This document shows positions 19,105 to 31,275 of a stretch of DNA of 64,000 nucleotides, piece after piece. This DNA is from Dehalococcoidia bacterium. GTDB taxonomy: Bacteria > Chloroflexota > Dehalococcoidia > GIF9 > UBA5629. Numbering within the stretch: the first letter of the stretch is position 1; the number at the start of each line of letters is the position of its first letter. The stretch covers positions 1,030,613 to 1,094,612 of the forward strand of contig JBAZEK010000001.1 in assembly GCA_041653995.1 (NCBI GenBank), in the 5' to 3' direction. The notes beneath the pieces are model-generated. The model did no database searches, had not been told where the DNA came from, and saw only the letters and a program-made list of their open reading frames with translations. The translations under genes were made by a program, and so were the position numbers.

Positions 19105-19156
19105 AATCCTATGCTTCCGTCCAATAATATAATGTGTTTTAACATAAAAAGTTGCA

Positions 19157-19750
19157 TCACTTCATTTGTTCGCGGAGCTTTTCGACCCCCCTGTGCAGCA
19201 GCGACTTGATTGTTCCCTCTTTCTTGCCCAGTATCTTCACCATCTCGCGTATCTTCTTTTTTTCGAAGAACTTCAGGGCTATGACCTCCTGATAAATAAA
19301 GGGCAGCTCGGAGATCTTTTTGTGCAGTGTAATGAATTCCTCGTGCCGGCTCAGCTCCTCCTCCGCCTCGCTTATCTCGTCGCTGTAATCACCGGTGTCC
19401 GCCAGGTCGGCGATGGATTCGATGCTGGATATCCTCCTTCCCCCCTCCCTGCGGTAATGGTCATTAACCTCATTGCTGGCGATACGGTAAAGCCAGGCCG
19501 CGAAGGGCACGTCCCGCCAGCGATACTTTTTAATCTGCGCAAAGGCTTTGAGAAAGGTTATCGATGTTATGTCAAGTGCTAACTGAACACTGGCAGTTCG
19601 TTTCAAAGCATAGTTGAAGATGCGCCGGTAGTAGATTTCGTACAGTTCTCCGAAGGCTTCCGGGCTGTGCTGGGCGCGCTTCACCAGCTCCTTTTCCGCT
19701 TGCAACTGGTCCGGCGAAAGCGAAGTATCAGACGTCATATGATCAGGCAT
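19157..19750 (-). CDS. ECF-type RNA polymerase sigma-70 factor
   Basis: 197 aa; sigma-70 region 2 (YRRIFNYALKR) and region 4 HTH. Confidence 0.85.
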   Translation of the reverse strand: MPDHMTSDTSLSPDQLQAEKELVKRAQHSPEAFGELYEIYYRRIFNYALKRTASVQLALDITSITFLKAFAQIKKYRWRDVPFAAWLYRIASNEVNDHYRREGGRRISSIESIADLADTGDYSDEISEAEEELSRHEEFITLHKKISELPFIYQEVIALKFFEKKKIREMVKILGKKEGTIKSLLHRGVEKLREQMK

Positions 19751-19881
19751 GTAACACAGTTTAACTCATAACGTAATGGATGCAAAAAGGTTGCATGCGT
19801 AAAACAGGCTGCAACGATATTGGTAATTGTGGCAGGCAACATGCACGGCCTGTATGCGAACTGACGGGCAGCGCGATCCGG

Positions 19882-20559
19882 CTACTGGTTCTTGAAACCC
19901 CAGCGCCAGATGACTGCCGCCAGGATGCCGCCTATGAGGGGCGCAACCCAGAAGAGCCAGAGCTGCGACAGTGCCTCTCCGCCAACTACCAGCGCGGGCC
20001 CAAAGCTGCGCGCCGGATTAACAGAGGTCCCTGTGATGGGTATCCCCACCAGGTGGATAAGCACCAGCGAGAGACCGATGGCCAGCCCGGCAAAGCCCGC
20101 CGGGGCATTTTTGCTGATGGATCCGAAGATAACGAAAAGGAAGAGGGCGGTCAGCACGATTTCAGCCACGAAACAGGATAACAGGTTGAACTGGCCGGGA
20201 GATAGAGCGCCGTATCCGTTCTGGCCCAGGCCGTTAACCGCCAGTGAGTATTCGGGCATACCGCTGGCTATCAGCCACAGCAGCAGGGCAGCCAGCACAC
20301 CGCCCACACACTGGAATATCACGTAAAAAATGGTGTCTTTCCAGCCCAGCCTTCCGGCAACCAGCATGGCCACGGATATGGCCGGATTAATATGGCAGCC
20401 TGATATGTTGCCGATGGCGTACACCATCGCCAGCACGGTCAGACCGAAGGCGAAGGAGATGCCCATGAAGCCGATATACTTGCCGGCGATAACGGCGCTG
20501 CCGCATCCTATCAGCACCAGCGCAAATGTGCCTATCAGTTCCGCCCAGTACTTTTTCAC
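19882..20559 (-). CDS. aquaporin/MIP-family channel (AqpZ/GlpF-like)
   Basis: 225 aa; two NPA boxes (HINPAISV, SVNPARSFGP), six TM helices. Confidence 0.9.
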   Translation of the reverse strand: MKKYWAELIGTFALVLIGCGSAVIAGKYIGFMGISFAFGLTVLAMVYAIGNISGCHINPAISVAMLVAGRLGWKDTIFYVIFQCVGGVLAALLLWLIASGMPEYSLAVNGLGQNGYGALSPGQFNLLSCFVAEIVLTALFLFVIFGSISKNAPAGFAGLAIGLSLVLIHLVGIPITGTSVNPARSFGPALVVGGEALSQLWLFWVAPLIGGILAAVIWRWGFKNQ

Positions 20560-20592
20560 TTCCCGTTTACCTCCTTTCCCGGATTATTCGAT

Positions 20593-21294
20593 CTACTTTT
20601 TCAGCGAATCAAGCGCATTCTGCCAGGCAAGCACGGTCGCATAGGCTGTATTCTTATTAAATGCGATATACAGGTCGACCTTGTGCACAAAGGCCACCGC
20701 TTCGATCTCAGCCGGATCCACGCCCGCCTGCTTGGCCACCAACGCCACATCGGCGCCCGTGCCCAGCCAGAGGTCTGCTTCTCCCGCCACCAGCTTCTTC
20801 AGGCCATCGGCGGTTGAATCGACATAAGCGAAATTGATGCATCCCTGCTGAGCCAGCTTCTGCTGGCCCGCTTCATCTTTAACAACGGCAATGCATTTAA
20901 CGGTCCTGGCCTCATCGATACTGCTAACTCTGACATTCGAGCCCTTCCTGGCATAGAGCCAGTTCTCGTAAGAGCCTATAGGACCCACCCACATGAAAAG
21001 GTTTTCCCTTTCCGACGTCCTGGCCATGGAATAAAGCGCGGTATCGGGTTCCGCAAGCACGACCTCGTAGGCCTGTGACCACGGCAACACCTCGATGGTG
21101 ATGTTCTCGCCCAGCTTGTTGATTACACCTTTGACCGCCTCGGTGGATGAACCGACCAGGTTGCCGCCGGCATCGGTGTAATTGAAAGGAGGATATTCCT
21201 CCGTCATAACGCGCAGTTTAGCGGGCTGCGCCGGCGTTGTGCATGCAGTGACAAGCAGTATTACTGCTATAAGAGCAAAACAAAGTCTCTTCAT
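20593..21294 (-). CDS. ABC-transporter family-3 substrate-binding lipoprotein (amino-acid binding type)
   Basis: ATG 21294 after AGGAGA; lipobox LLVTAC; SBP_bac_3-like YPPFNY...GGNLVG region. Confidence 0.7.
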   Translation of the reverse strand: MKRLCFALIAVILLVTACTTPAQPAKLRVMTEEYPPFNYTDAGGNLVGSSTEAVKGVINKLGENITIEVLPWSQAYEVVLAEPDTALYSMARTSERENLFMWVGPIGSYENWLYARKGSNVRVSSIDEARTVKCIAVVKDEAGQQKLAQQGCINFAYVDSTADGLKKLVAGEADLWLGTGADVALVAKQAGVDPAEIEAVAFVHKVDLYIAFNKNTAYATVLAWQNALDSLKK

Positions 21295-21558
21295 ATCTCC
21301 TACCTCAGTGGTTTTTAACAAGATTATACTCCAGATTCGGCAATGTCAATAGGTGAATGGTACTGGACCAAACACTGGGACAAGATGAAAATCGAGATCG
21401 AGGCGGCGCAGCAATACGAGAGCCGTGAATCGCCTGCTTAATCATTCAGACAGGTCAGTCCGCCTTTGTGTGAATCTGATGCAATTTGGTAGCCCTGCAC
21501 AACGGAGCTATAATGCAATTCAGACCCGAGTATAGTGTCGCTGGAGGTTCTGTCTAAT

Positions 21559-22032
21559 ATGAACTTCAAATTTATTCCGGCATTGCTCTTAATGATACTG
21601 GTTTTATCCGGCTGCGCTTCCGGCACAGCTGATTCCAACACCCCACCAACTCCCACCCCGTCAGATAACTCAACTTCAGCGCCTTCGGACAAGGCGCCGC
21701 GCATCAGCATCGAAGAGCTGTTGCAGAAGATGAACAGCGGATCGGATATCCTCATTGTCGATGCCAGGAGGGATGTGGAAGAACAATTCAAGATAGCGCA
21801 TATCAAGGGCGCCATTGCGGTTCCTCCCGATAAAATCACGGCGGGACAATGGACGCCGCCGCCTGATCTAAACAGAGAAATAGTCATCTACTGCTCCTGT
21901 CCCAACGATGGGACAAGCGCCAGCGCTGTGCTTGTACTGGTTAGTAAAGGTTACACCAACGTCAGGGCATTGAAGGGCGGCTGGAACGCCTGGCAGGCAG
22001 CCGGATACCCTGTGGAATCCGGTACCGATTAG
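21559..22032 (+). CDS. rhodanese-domain sulfurtransferase lipoprotein
   Basis: lipobox LSGCASG; rhodanese active-site loop IVIYCSCPNDGTSAS with catalytic Cys. Confidence 0.8.
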   Translation: MNFKFIPALLLMILVLSGCASGTADSNTPPTPTPSDNSTSAPSDKAPRISIEELLQKMNSGSDILIVDARRDVEEQFKIAHIKGAIAVPPDKITAGQWTPPPDLNREIVIYCSCPNDGTSASAVLVLVSKGYTNVRALKGGWNAWQAAGYPVESGTD

Positions 22033-22053
22033 GGAGTTTACTTCCGGCTCATT

Positions 22054-23361
22054 TTACTCAGGCGTAATCTCAGAGATATAGGAAACGCCGGCAACAGCAC
22101 GTTTGATGCGGGTTGTATCCAGAAGGTGACGCATATCCACAAACTCACCGGCGCGCGCGATCCTTCTGATTTCTCCGTCCAGATCCAGGGCATAATCCCA
22201 CTGCATATTTTCAAAGACCACACCGTGGTTATGCAGCAGCATCATCTTCTTATCGCCGACATTGGCCGGGTGCATATAGAACGCGTTCTCCAGTGCTGAT
22301 TTCGACAGGTGGGACAGGTCGGCCGTCAGGTCCAGCCCCAGTCCGAAGCTGATCATGGTCCGGCCGGGCAGCTTCGGCTCCAGATTAATGTCCATCCATT
22401 TCTCTATATTTTCAGGATCCGTAATCAGTCCTTTGTTGGCCGGGGCGTGTTTTTTGATGGGGGAGATTTTGACGCCGGAGCTGAAAAGCACGTCCAGGTC
22501 GGCTATCATGGCCACGCTCACCAGGCCACGATTAATCACCTGCCGCTCCCGGGCTATATCGAAAACGGCTTCGTACAGCTCGCTGAGGGTAATCGCTTTG
22601 CTGCCAGCGTCGTCACCTACCAGCATGATATCGTTAAATTCACCATGCAAAGCCAGATTGAGACCGGTGTGGATCATGACCTCGCCTGTATCTTTTTGAG
22701 GGATGAGAAAATCGGGTGTGTCGTTTCCGTCGGTGGGCAGCCAGACCATGGTGCCTCCGCTGGTCATCATTTCGCCCAGCAGCGGCAGGCAGTCTTCAAG
22801 GCTACCGCCCAACGCCCCCAGGCCGATGGAATACTCCGCCTCGGAGAAACGCCTCTGCCGTATATCGCCTGATTCCAGGGTGGCATTCATTACTTTGCTC
22901 AGATCGCCCACGGTCTTCAGAGTGGCGGGGCGATCGGTAACGTGGAAGACGTGAAAGCTGGTATCCTTTCTGTGGTAACAGGGAAGGCTTCCCCAGTCCT
23001 TTTCGGAGCGTCTCATATCCTTCAGCATGGAGCTGTGGTTGACGGCTTCGTCCACCGTAGAATAGGTGGGGAACATGCCTTCCATACCCGCCATCTTCAA
23101 GACCTGGGCCGGGTATTCCGTAATTCCACACAGGGAGAGATGCCCTTTTCTGCCGGCCAGTTTTTTATGTATGGAGAGAAGGAGCCTGATGCCCCCGCTG
23201 CTCAAATACAGCGCGCCGGACATATCGAGCACCAGATAGTGATCGTCCTCCGTTACAAGGAACTCAAGCTCTTTGCCCAGGCCGGCGGCCTCAAAGGCGC
23301 CCAGCCTGCCCTCCAGAGCCACCACCAGGATGCCGTTTCTGCGTTCCGATTTAATGCTCAC
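22054..23361 (-). CDS. STAS-domain (anti-sigma antagonist-like) protein fused to ~320-aa uncharacterized domain
   Basis: 435 aa, GTG start; N-terminal SpoIIAA-like STAS (GILVVALEGRLGAFEA...LDMSGALYLSSGGIRLL); C-terminal region without recognizable motifs. Confidence 0.5.
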   Translation of the reverse strand: MSIKSERRNGILVVALEGRLGAFEAAGLGKELEFLVTEDDHYLVLDMSGALYLSSGGIRLLLSIHKKLAGRKGHLSLCGITEYPAQVLKMAGMEGMFPTYSTVDEAVNHSSMLKDMRRSEKDWGSLPCYHRKDTSFHVFHVTDRPATLKTVGDLSKVMNATLESGDIRQRRFSEAEYSIGLGALGGSLEDCLPLLGEMMTSGGTMVWLPTDGNDTPDFLIPQKDTGEVMIHTGLNLALHGEFNDIMLVGDDAGSKAITLSELYEAVFDIARERQVINRGLVSVAMIADLDVLFSSGVKISPIKKHAPANKGLITDPENIEKWMDINLEPKLPGRTMISFGLGLDLTADLSHLSKSALENAFYMHPANVGDKKMMLLHNHGVVFENMQWDYALDLDGEIRRIARAGEFVDMRHLLDTTRIKRAVAGVSYISEITPE

Positions 23362-23502
23362 AACGATTCAATTTAATTAATAAGCCGGAGTATGTCAACA
23401 GACAGCAGTCCGAATAAAGACGGTACACAACCGGTAATACACTTGACAGAATGTATAGTATGCTTTACAATTAGTATAATAAACTATATAGGAGACGTTG
23501 TA

Positions 23503-23883
23503 ATGCAAGTAAGCAGATTCCGAGTCTACAGGGCGATTATAGCCGCCGGGCTGGCCGTTGCCGTGGCGATTGCGATCGCCACCGATATCCCCTTAATCGC
23601 GCTGGTCGCGGTTGTCGTTGCTATCGCGCTTGCCATAGTTCTGGAACGCCGCAACAAAGAGATCGTGCGGGATGAGCGGATCCAGCAGATCGGCGGGAGG
23701 GCCGCCACTGCATCTTTCAACAGCGTGATTATACTGGCGGCTGTGGCCGCGCTGGGCGCTGCCCTTTTCCGCAATCAATTGCCTGAAAATATTGTATTCG
23801 TCGGCAACATCATGGGCTATTTCGTCTGCATCGCCATAATACTGCACCTGTGCTTTTACGCATATTTCAGCCGCAAGCTTTAG
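23503..23883 (+). CDS. membrane protein, DUF2178-like (ERR..VRDER motif) partner of XRE regulator
   Basis: ATG 23503 after GGAGA; 3-4 TM helices; LERRNKEIVRDERIQQ cytoplasmic motif; stop 10 nt before HTH gene. Confidence 0.55.
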   Translation: MQVSRFRVYRAIIAAGLAVAVAIAIATDIPLIALVAVVVAIALAIVLERRNKEIVRDERIQQIGGRAATASFNSVIILAAVAALGAALFRNQLPENIVFVGNIMGYFVCIAIILHLCFYAYFSRKL

Positions 23884-23892
23884 GGTGTAAAT

Positions 23893-24129
23893 ATGAAAAA
23901 CAGGTTAAAGGTATTCCGGGCCATGCACGACCTCACACAGGAGGCGCTGGCCGATCGATTGCGCGTGACCAGGCAGACGGTCATATCCATCGAAAACGGC
24001 AAATACGACCCTTCCCTGCCGCTTGCCTTCCGTATCGCCAATCTTTTTAACGTGAAAATCGAGGACGTCTTCTTCTACGAAGGTGGTCCGGGTGAGTTCC
24101 ACGGCTATCCACCCAGGTCTGAAAAATGA
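23893..24129 (+). CDS. XRE-family helix-turn-helix transcriptional regulator
   Basis: 78 aa; LTQEALADRLRVTRQTVISIENGK; paralog of 3099..3302. Confidence 0.8.
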   Translation: MKNRLKVFRAMHDLTQEALADRLRVTRQTVISIENGKYDPSLPLAFRIANLFNVKIEDVFFYEGGPGEFHGYPPRSEK

Positions 24130-24148
24130 AGCCGCCGCAAAGAAGCAG

Positions 24149-24538
24149 TCATGCCTTCCCAAAAGCGCCCTGGAGTATCAGTAGAGCCGAAATTGTAAAA
24201 ATAACCGGACAAAGTCTATATGGAATAAAATCGATTTGGGCGCCTGTAAACAGCGACAGCACTGCCATCGCTATCAGCATGACCGCTGCTGATACAAACA
24301 CAACTTTCCGTGATTTCAGATTACTGTAGTTGAGTGCTGCAACGAGAATTACCAACCCTCCCAGGAATAAGAGCGTCAGGCCTTCATTTATCCATTCCAT
24401 CAAAACTATTCTTGTATTGTCGACTGAAATGGCGCCGAATCCATCGACAACCGAATCAGTGGGAATCAAGTGAGCAATACCCCATAAGATACACAGTGCG
24501 CCACCGATTATAACCAATACTTTCCTGGCCATCTTCAC
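24149..24538 (-). CDS. small 4-TM membrane protein
   Basis: 129 aa, hydrophobic throughout; convergent with HTH gene. Confidence 0.45.
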   Translation of the reverse strand: MKMARKVLVIIGGALCILWGIAHLIPTDSVVDGFGAISVDNTRIVLMEWINEGLTLLFLGGLVILVAALNYSNLKSRKVVFVSAAVMLIAMAVLSLFTGAQIDFIPYRLCPVIFTISALLILQGAFGKA

Positions 24539-24629
24539 ACTCCTTCAATTTGTTACCGCACCATCCAGTTCAGGCAGCTGCCCAATCAATTACAATAGTA
24601 TCCCATCCGACCTCCCATAGTCATCACGC

Positions 24630-24666
24630 CATTTTCATTTCAGTAATCTCACGACTGTTTCTTAAA
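24630..24666 (+). repeat. direct repeat (upstream copy) flanking RHH–MazF cassette
   Basis: CATTTTCATTTCAGTAATCTCACGACTGTTTCTTAAA; core 24 bp 23/24 identical to 25312..25335. Confidence 0.6.
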
Positions 24667-24701
24667 TATGGTATGATAATATGTAATACCAGGAGGTCAT
24701 A

Positions 24702-24944
24702 ATGGGCAAGGAAAAGATAGCGATCACTATTGATGGGCAGCTTGTCAGCGAACTTGACGGGCTGGTGGGTAAAAACGTCTTTCAGAGCCGCAGCCAGGCT
24801 ATTCAGGAAGCTGTCCATGAAAAACTTATGCGAATCAGAAAGACCCGCCTGGCGGAAGAGTGCGCCAAACTTAATCCTTCATTTGAAAGAGCCCTCTCCG
24901 AGGACGGATTTGAAGGGGATATTAAACAGTGGCCGGAATACTGA
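24702..24944 (+). CDS. ribbon-helix-helix (CopG-family) antitoxin
   Basis: 80 aa; AGGAGG RBS; KIAITIDGQLVSELDGLV...SRSQAIQEAV RHH pattern; overlaps toxin by 16 nt. Confidence 0.65.
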   Translation: MGKEKIAITIDGQLVSELDGLVGKNVFQSRSQAIQEAVHEKLMRIRKTRLAEECAKLNPSFERALSEDGFEGDIKQWPEY

Positions 24945-25264
24945 GGGGAGAGATCCGCTGGGCGGACTTAAGCCCAACTCGGGGACATGAACAAACGGGT
25001 TTGCGCCCCGTGCTCGTTGTCAGTCACGACGTTTTCAATGAACGCTCGGGCACCGCTATTGTAGTCGCAATCACGAGTCAGCTGCAGCAGGCTGGTTTTC
25101 CACTTGTCCTGGAGTTGAAAACGGGAGGCCTTCCCAAGCGTTCATGGGCAAAAATCAGCCAGATCAGGACCGTTTCAACTGAAAGGCTGGGCAATAAAGT
25201 CGGTAGATTATCCCACGAAGAGCTGGCAAAAATCATCGATGGTCTGAACGAAATCGTTGCATAA
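24929..25264 (+). CDS. MazF/PemK-family endoribonuclease toxin
   Basis: 111 aa; RGEIRWADLSPTRGHEQTGLRPVLVVS core. Confidence 0.75.
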   Translation: MAGILRGEIRWADLSPTRGHEQTGLRPVLVVSHDVFNERSGTAIVVAITSQLQQAGFPLVLELKTGGLPKRSWAKISQIRTVSTERLGNKVGRLSHEELAKIIDGLNEIVA

Positions 25265-25298
25265 ATATACGCCGGGCAGCTTCGAGAAAAACATACTG

Positions 25299-25335
25299 CA
25301 TTATTATTTAGGTAATCTCACGACTGCTTCTTAAA
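25299..25335 (+). repeat. direct repeat (downstream copy) flanking RHH–MazF cassette
   Basis: CATTATTATTTAGGTAATCTCACGACTGCTTCTTAAA. Confidence 0.6.
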
Positions 25336-25654
25336 CAGGCATGCAACCTGCATCACCAACCTGCCGGGTTGAATTCACCGGTCACTGGTGATAGTATTTC
25401 CAACATAATACGCATAAAGGAGGACTATTGATGCTTGCCATTTTAATAACTGCGGATATTACATCCCTTGAGGTTTCAGGCTAGATACCATATCATCGTT
25501 TAACCGATAGATTGCCGGTCGTTCCGCAGGGAACGGCTTTTTTGTTCTTCTCCTGATCAGGAAGTAAGGCTTAATTACGCACGGGGTGTGAGTCCGTGGA
25601 TTATTCGACATTGAATAATGTCCTGATTAACTTACTTTCGAAAAGGAGCAAGAA

Positions 25655-26764
25655 TTGAATATAGCTTCAAACCATTCACGAACACCCAACCTCCAGGATA
25701 TAGGGTGGAATTCGTTTTTTCAGAAGAGCTACCGGGCGTTGCAAATCCCGGACACCATGCCTGCCAGAGTCATCACCGAACTCAAGGATGCTTTTCAGGT
25801 TTACACTGAATGCGGGGAATTGACTGCCGCGGTTTCAGGCAGGATGAGACACTTCGCTGAAAGTGAAGAACGATATCCGGCCGTCGGCGACTGGGTTGTC
25901 ATCAAACGGCTGAATAACGAACGGAAAGCGGTAATCCATGCCGTACTGCCGAGAAAGAGCAAATTCTCCAGGAAAGTTGCCGGGGAACGTACCGAAGAGC
26001 AGATTGTCTCGGCTAACATAGACACCGTTTTCATTGTCAGCGCTATGGACGGCGGCAGGAACTTCAATCTCCGGCGGATTGAGCGATATCTCACACTTGC
26101 CTGGAGCAGCGGCGCCACCCCGGTAGTTGTCCTCAATAAAGTCGACCTGTGCACGGATATCGATACGCCCGTTCACGAAGTCGAGACTGTCGCTCCGGGC
26201 ATATCCATTCACCCGGTCAGCGCCCGTGAGAAAATCGGTCTGGATGCGCTCACAGCTTACCTGGGAAGAGGAAAAACGACTGCTTTTCTGGGCTCCTCGG
26301 GCGTGGGCAAATCCGCACTGATCAATGCGCTGCTCGGCGTGGAGAGACAGAAGACGGGAGAGGTCCGGGGAGACGACCGCATGGGCAGGCACACCACGAC
26401 CAGACGCGAACTGATCATCCTTCCCGGCGGCGGCATGGTGATTGATACGCCGGGTATGAGGGAAATCCAGATGTGGGCCGGAGAAGAGGACCTGCAGGCG
26501 GCATTTCAAGATATCGAGATGCTGGCCGGACAATGCCGCTTCAGCGATTGCAGTCACAACACGGAATCCGGCTGCGCCGTAAAAGCAGCAATCGCCAGGG
26601 GCGCTCTTGACCCATCCAGGCTGGAGAGCTTCAGGAAACTGCAGAGGGAAATAGATTACCTTGCATACAGGGAAGAGCATGGTACACGCCTGTACGAAAA
26701 GCTCAGATGGAAGAAAGTAGCTAAGCTGGTGAAAGAAATAAAGCATAATCCCAAGAATCGTTAA
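25655..26764 (+). CDS. rsgA: ribosome small-subunit-dependent GTPase A (circularly permuted GTPase)
   Basis: 369 aa, TTG start after AAGGAG; G4-G1-G3 order (VVLNKVDL ... GSSGVGKSALINAL ... DTPG), C-terminal zinc finger CRFSDCSHNTESGCAV. Confidence 0.9.
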   Translation: MNIASNHSRTPNLQDIGWNSFFQKSYRALQIPDTMPARVITELKDAFQVYTECGELTAAVSGRMRHFAESEERYPAVGDWVVIKRLNNERKAVIHAVLPRKSKFSRKVAGERTEEQIVSANIDTVFIVSAMDGGRNFNLRRIERYLTLAWSSGATPVVVLNKVDLCTDIDTPVHEVETVAPGISIHPVSAREKIGLDALTAYLGRGKTTAFLGSSGVGKSALINALLGVERQKTGEVRGDDRMGRHTTTRRELIILPGGGMVIDTPGMREIQMWAGEEDLQAAFQDIEMLAGQCRFSDCSHNTESGCAVKAAIARGALDPSRLESFRKLQREIDYLAYREEHGTRLYEKLRWKKVAKLVKEIKHNPKNR

Positions 26765-26850
26765 CCGGCTGCAGACGTTTGAACCAATAGTCTCCCTCGC
26801 ATCATTCTTGATCGCAGGGGGGCTATCAGTTTTGACCATTTGATTAATAA

Positions 26851-29545
<2,695 letters not shown>

Positions 29546-29566
29546 TACCATAAACGCTTTTCTGTG

Positions 29567-29606
29567 ATTCAAAGGTAACAATGTTACCTTTGAATCACAG
29601 TAGCAA
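29567..29606 (+). terminator. perfect 19-bp-arm inverted repeat immediately downstream of katG (terminator-like hairpin, no T-tract)
   Basis: CTGTGATTCAAAGGTAACA ATG TTACCTTTGAATCACAG. Confidence 0.45.
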
Positions 29607-29661
29607 TCCATTATGAACCCGCAGGCAGGGCAGAATGACTATGCTATGATAGATACTCACA

Positions 29662-30966
29662 ATGGTCTATTTCGAAATAATCATCATTATCTTTTTGACT
29701 ATGCTCAACGGCTTGCTCGCCATGTCCGAGCTTGCTATTGTCTCTTCACGTAAAAGCCGTCTTGAACAGATGATGAAAAACGGGGACAAGGGGGCGCGTT
29801 CAGCTCTCCGGCTCCTCGAGAATCCCAGCCGGTTCCTTTCAACCGTCCAGATAGGCATCACTCTTATCGGCCTGATCGCCGGTGCATTTAGTGGAGCAAC
29901 GATCGGACACCGCCTTGGGCTTTGGCTGGATTCCTTTCCAGTGATCTCACCATATGGTGACATACTGGGTATAGGTGTTACGGTTATAGCCATTACGTAT
30001 TTATCTGTGATAATAGGTGAACTCGTCCCAAAGCGGATTGCCTTTGCCCAACCTGAGAGGATTGCTGCTTCCATTGCCAGGCCAATGCAGGTGCTCTCGC
30101 TCATATTCACGCCTGCGGTCTGGTTGCTTCACGTATCAACCGAAGGAGTGTTGCGTGTATTCCACATGTCGGCAAACAGGGAAACAAGCATCACTGAAGA
30201 TGAGGTCAAATCACTCATCACCGAAGGGACAAGAGCGGGTGTCTTTGCTCCGCAAGAAAAGGAGATGATCGATGGTGTACTCAGGCTGGCAGACCGCCCG
30301 GTAAGAGCAATCATGACACCGCATTCCAAGATAATCTGGTTGGACTTACAATCAGATCGGGATACTATACTCAAGATACTGGAGACCAACCGCTTTTCCC
30401 GTGTTTTAGTCTGTGATGGAACTCTGGATAAGCCGATTGGCGTTGTGAATGCTAAAGACCTTCTGCCAAAAGCCATGACTTGCGCTGATATTAATCTGGC
30501 TGATTTGATTACACCTTTGCTTTATGTTCCTGAAAACACATCTATCCTTATACTTCTCAATCAATTCAAGAAAGAAAAGGTGCATGTGGCCGCCGTAATC
30601 GACGAATACGGCATGACTAAAGGGCTGGTCACGCTCACCGATGTAATCGAAGCAGTCGCTGGAGATTTGCCGGAACTTGGCGAAGATATGACTCCTGAGA
30701 TTACCCAAAGAGATGACGGATCGTGGCTGATCGACGGCATGCTGCCGACGGATGAATTGGAATCCATCACCGGCATCAGCGTGGGGAAAAGTATGAAGAT
30801 CCTTGCCGGATTCGTAATGGAACAGCTTGGACATATACCGGCAGCAGGTGAGAGCTTCATCTATGGGAGCTATCGGTTTGAAGTGGTGGACATGGACGGC
30901 AACCGTATCGACAAGGTACTCATCCAAAACATTCAAAACGCTGCTGAAGCTCAAAGCTCGGATTAG
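29662..30966 (+). CDS. CNNM/TlyC-family membrane protein (DUF21 + CBS pair + CorC_HlyC)
   Basis: 434 aa; N-terminal 4-TM DUF21, tandem CBS, C-terminal transporter-associated domain. Confidence 0.85.
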   Translation: MVYFEIIIIIFLTMLNGLLAMSELAIVSSRKSRLEQMMKNGDKGARSALRLLENPSRFLSTVQIGITLIGLIAGAFSGATIGHRLGLWLDSFPVISPYGDILGIGVTVIAITYLSVIIGELVPKRIAFAQPERIAASIARPMQVLSLIFTPAVWLLHVSTEGVLRVFHMSANRETSITEDEVKSLITEGTRAGVFAPQEKEMIDGVLRLADRPVRAIMTPHSKIIWLDLQSDRDTILKILETNRFSRVLVCDGTLDKPIGVVNAKDLLPKAMTCADINLADLITPLLYVPENTSILILLNQFKKEKVHVAAVIDEYGMTKGLVTLTDVIEAVAGDLPELGEDMTPEITQRDDGSWLIDGMLPTDELESITGISVGKSMKILAGFVMEQLGHIPAAGESFIYGSYRFEVVDMDGNRIDKVLIQNIQNAAEAQSSD

Positions 30967-31038
30967 CAATCATTATCTTTGGCTTTGCCGCTCCCTTTGA
31001 CGCTCGCCCGCCCGGTTGCGGGCCGTTTTGATCTGGGT

Positions 31039-31275
31039 TTACATGATGTAGGGCGTGCGGCAGCATTTAAGTGCAACACGATGAGAACATATGGTGGGCG
31101 ATACTGGATTTGAACCAGTGACCCCCTGTGTGTAAGACAGGTAAAAACCTTTAATTGACTGGAGCTTATTGATAATCTCTAGGGAAGCCTTACGTTGTCC
31201 TGAAAGAATCATGCTCAAATAGCTTTTACTGATACCTAATTCTTTGGCTAATTGACTCTGTGTTAACTTTTTCAT
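31039..31275 (-). CDS. XRE-family HTH protein whose C-terminal codons read through the tRNA-derived att repeat
   Basis: LTQSQLAKELGISKSYLSMILSGQRK HTH; last ~20 codons (GVTGSNPVSPTI) overlie the 51-bp tRNA-Val fragment. Confidence 0.55.
   Translation of the reverse strand: MKKLTQSQLAKELGISKSYLSMILSGQRKASLEIINKLQSIKGFYLSYTQGVTGSNPVSPTICSHRVALKCCRTPYIM
31092..31142. repeat. att-site direct repeat: 51-bp copy of tRNA-Val(TAC) 3' end
   Basis: TGGTGGGCGATACTGGATTTGAACCAGTGACCCCCTGTGTGTAAGACAGGT identical to 43144..43194. Confidence 0.85.

Noticed and set aside
25420-25475. 17-codon mini-ORF (MLAILITADITSLEVSG) with AAGGAGG RBS upstream of rsgA
   Set aside because: Too short and unconserved to call. 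It could be a leader peptide but there is no supporting structure.
25835-26839. 334-aa minus-strand ORF opposite rsgA, and similar long antisense ORFs (27569..28420, 49962..50738, 17282..18118, 22309..22872, 52327..52953)
   Set aside because: All lie antisense to motif-rich, well-supported genes in GC-rich DNA. They have no RBS or motifs and are treated as spurious.
31092-31142. Possible extra tRNA gene at 31092
   Set aside because: Only the 3' 51 nt of tRNA-Val are present (no D-arm or anticodon arm). It is the att-site duplicate, not a functional tRNA.
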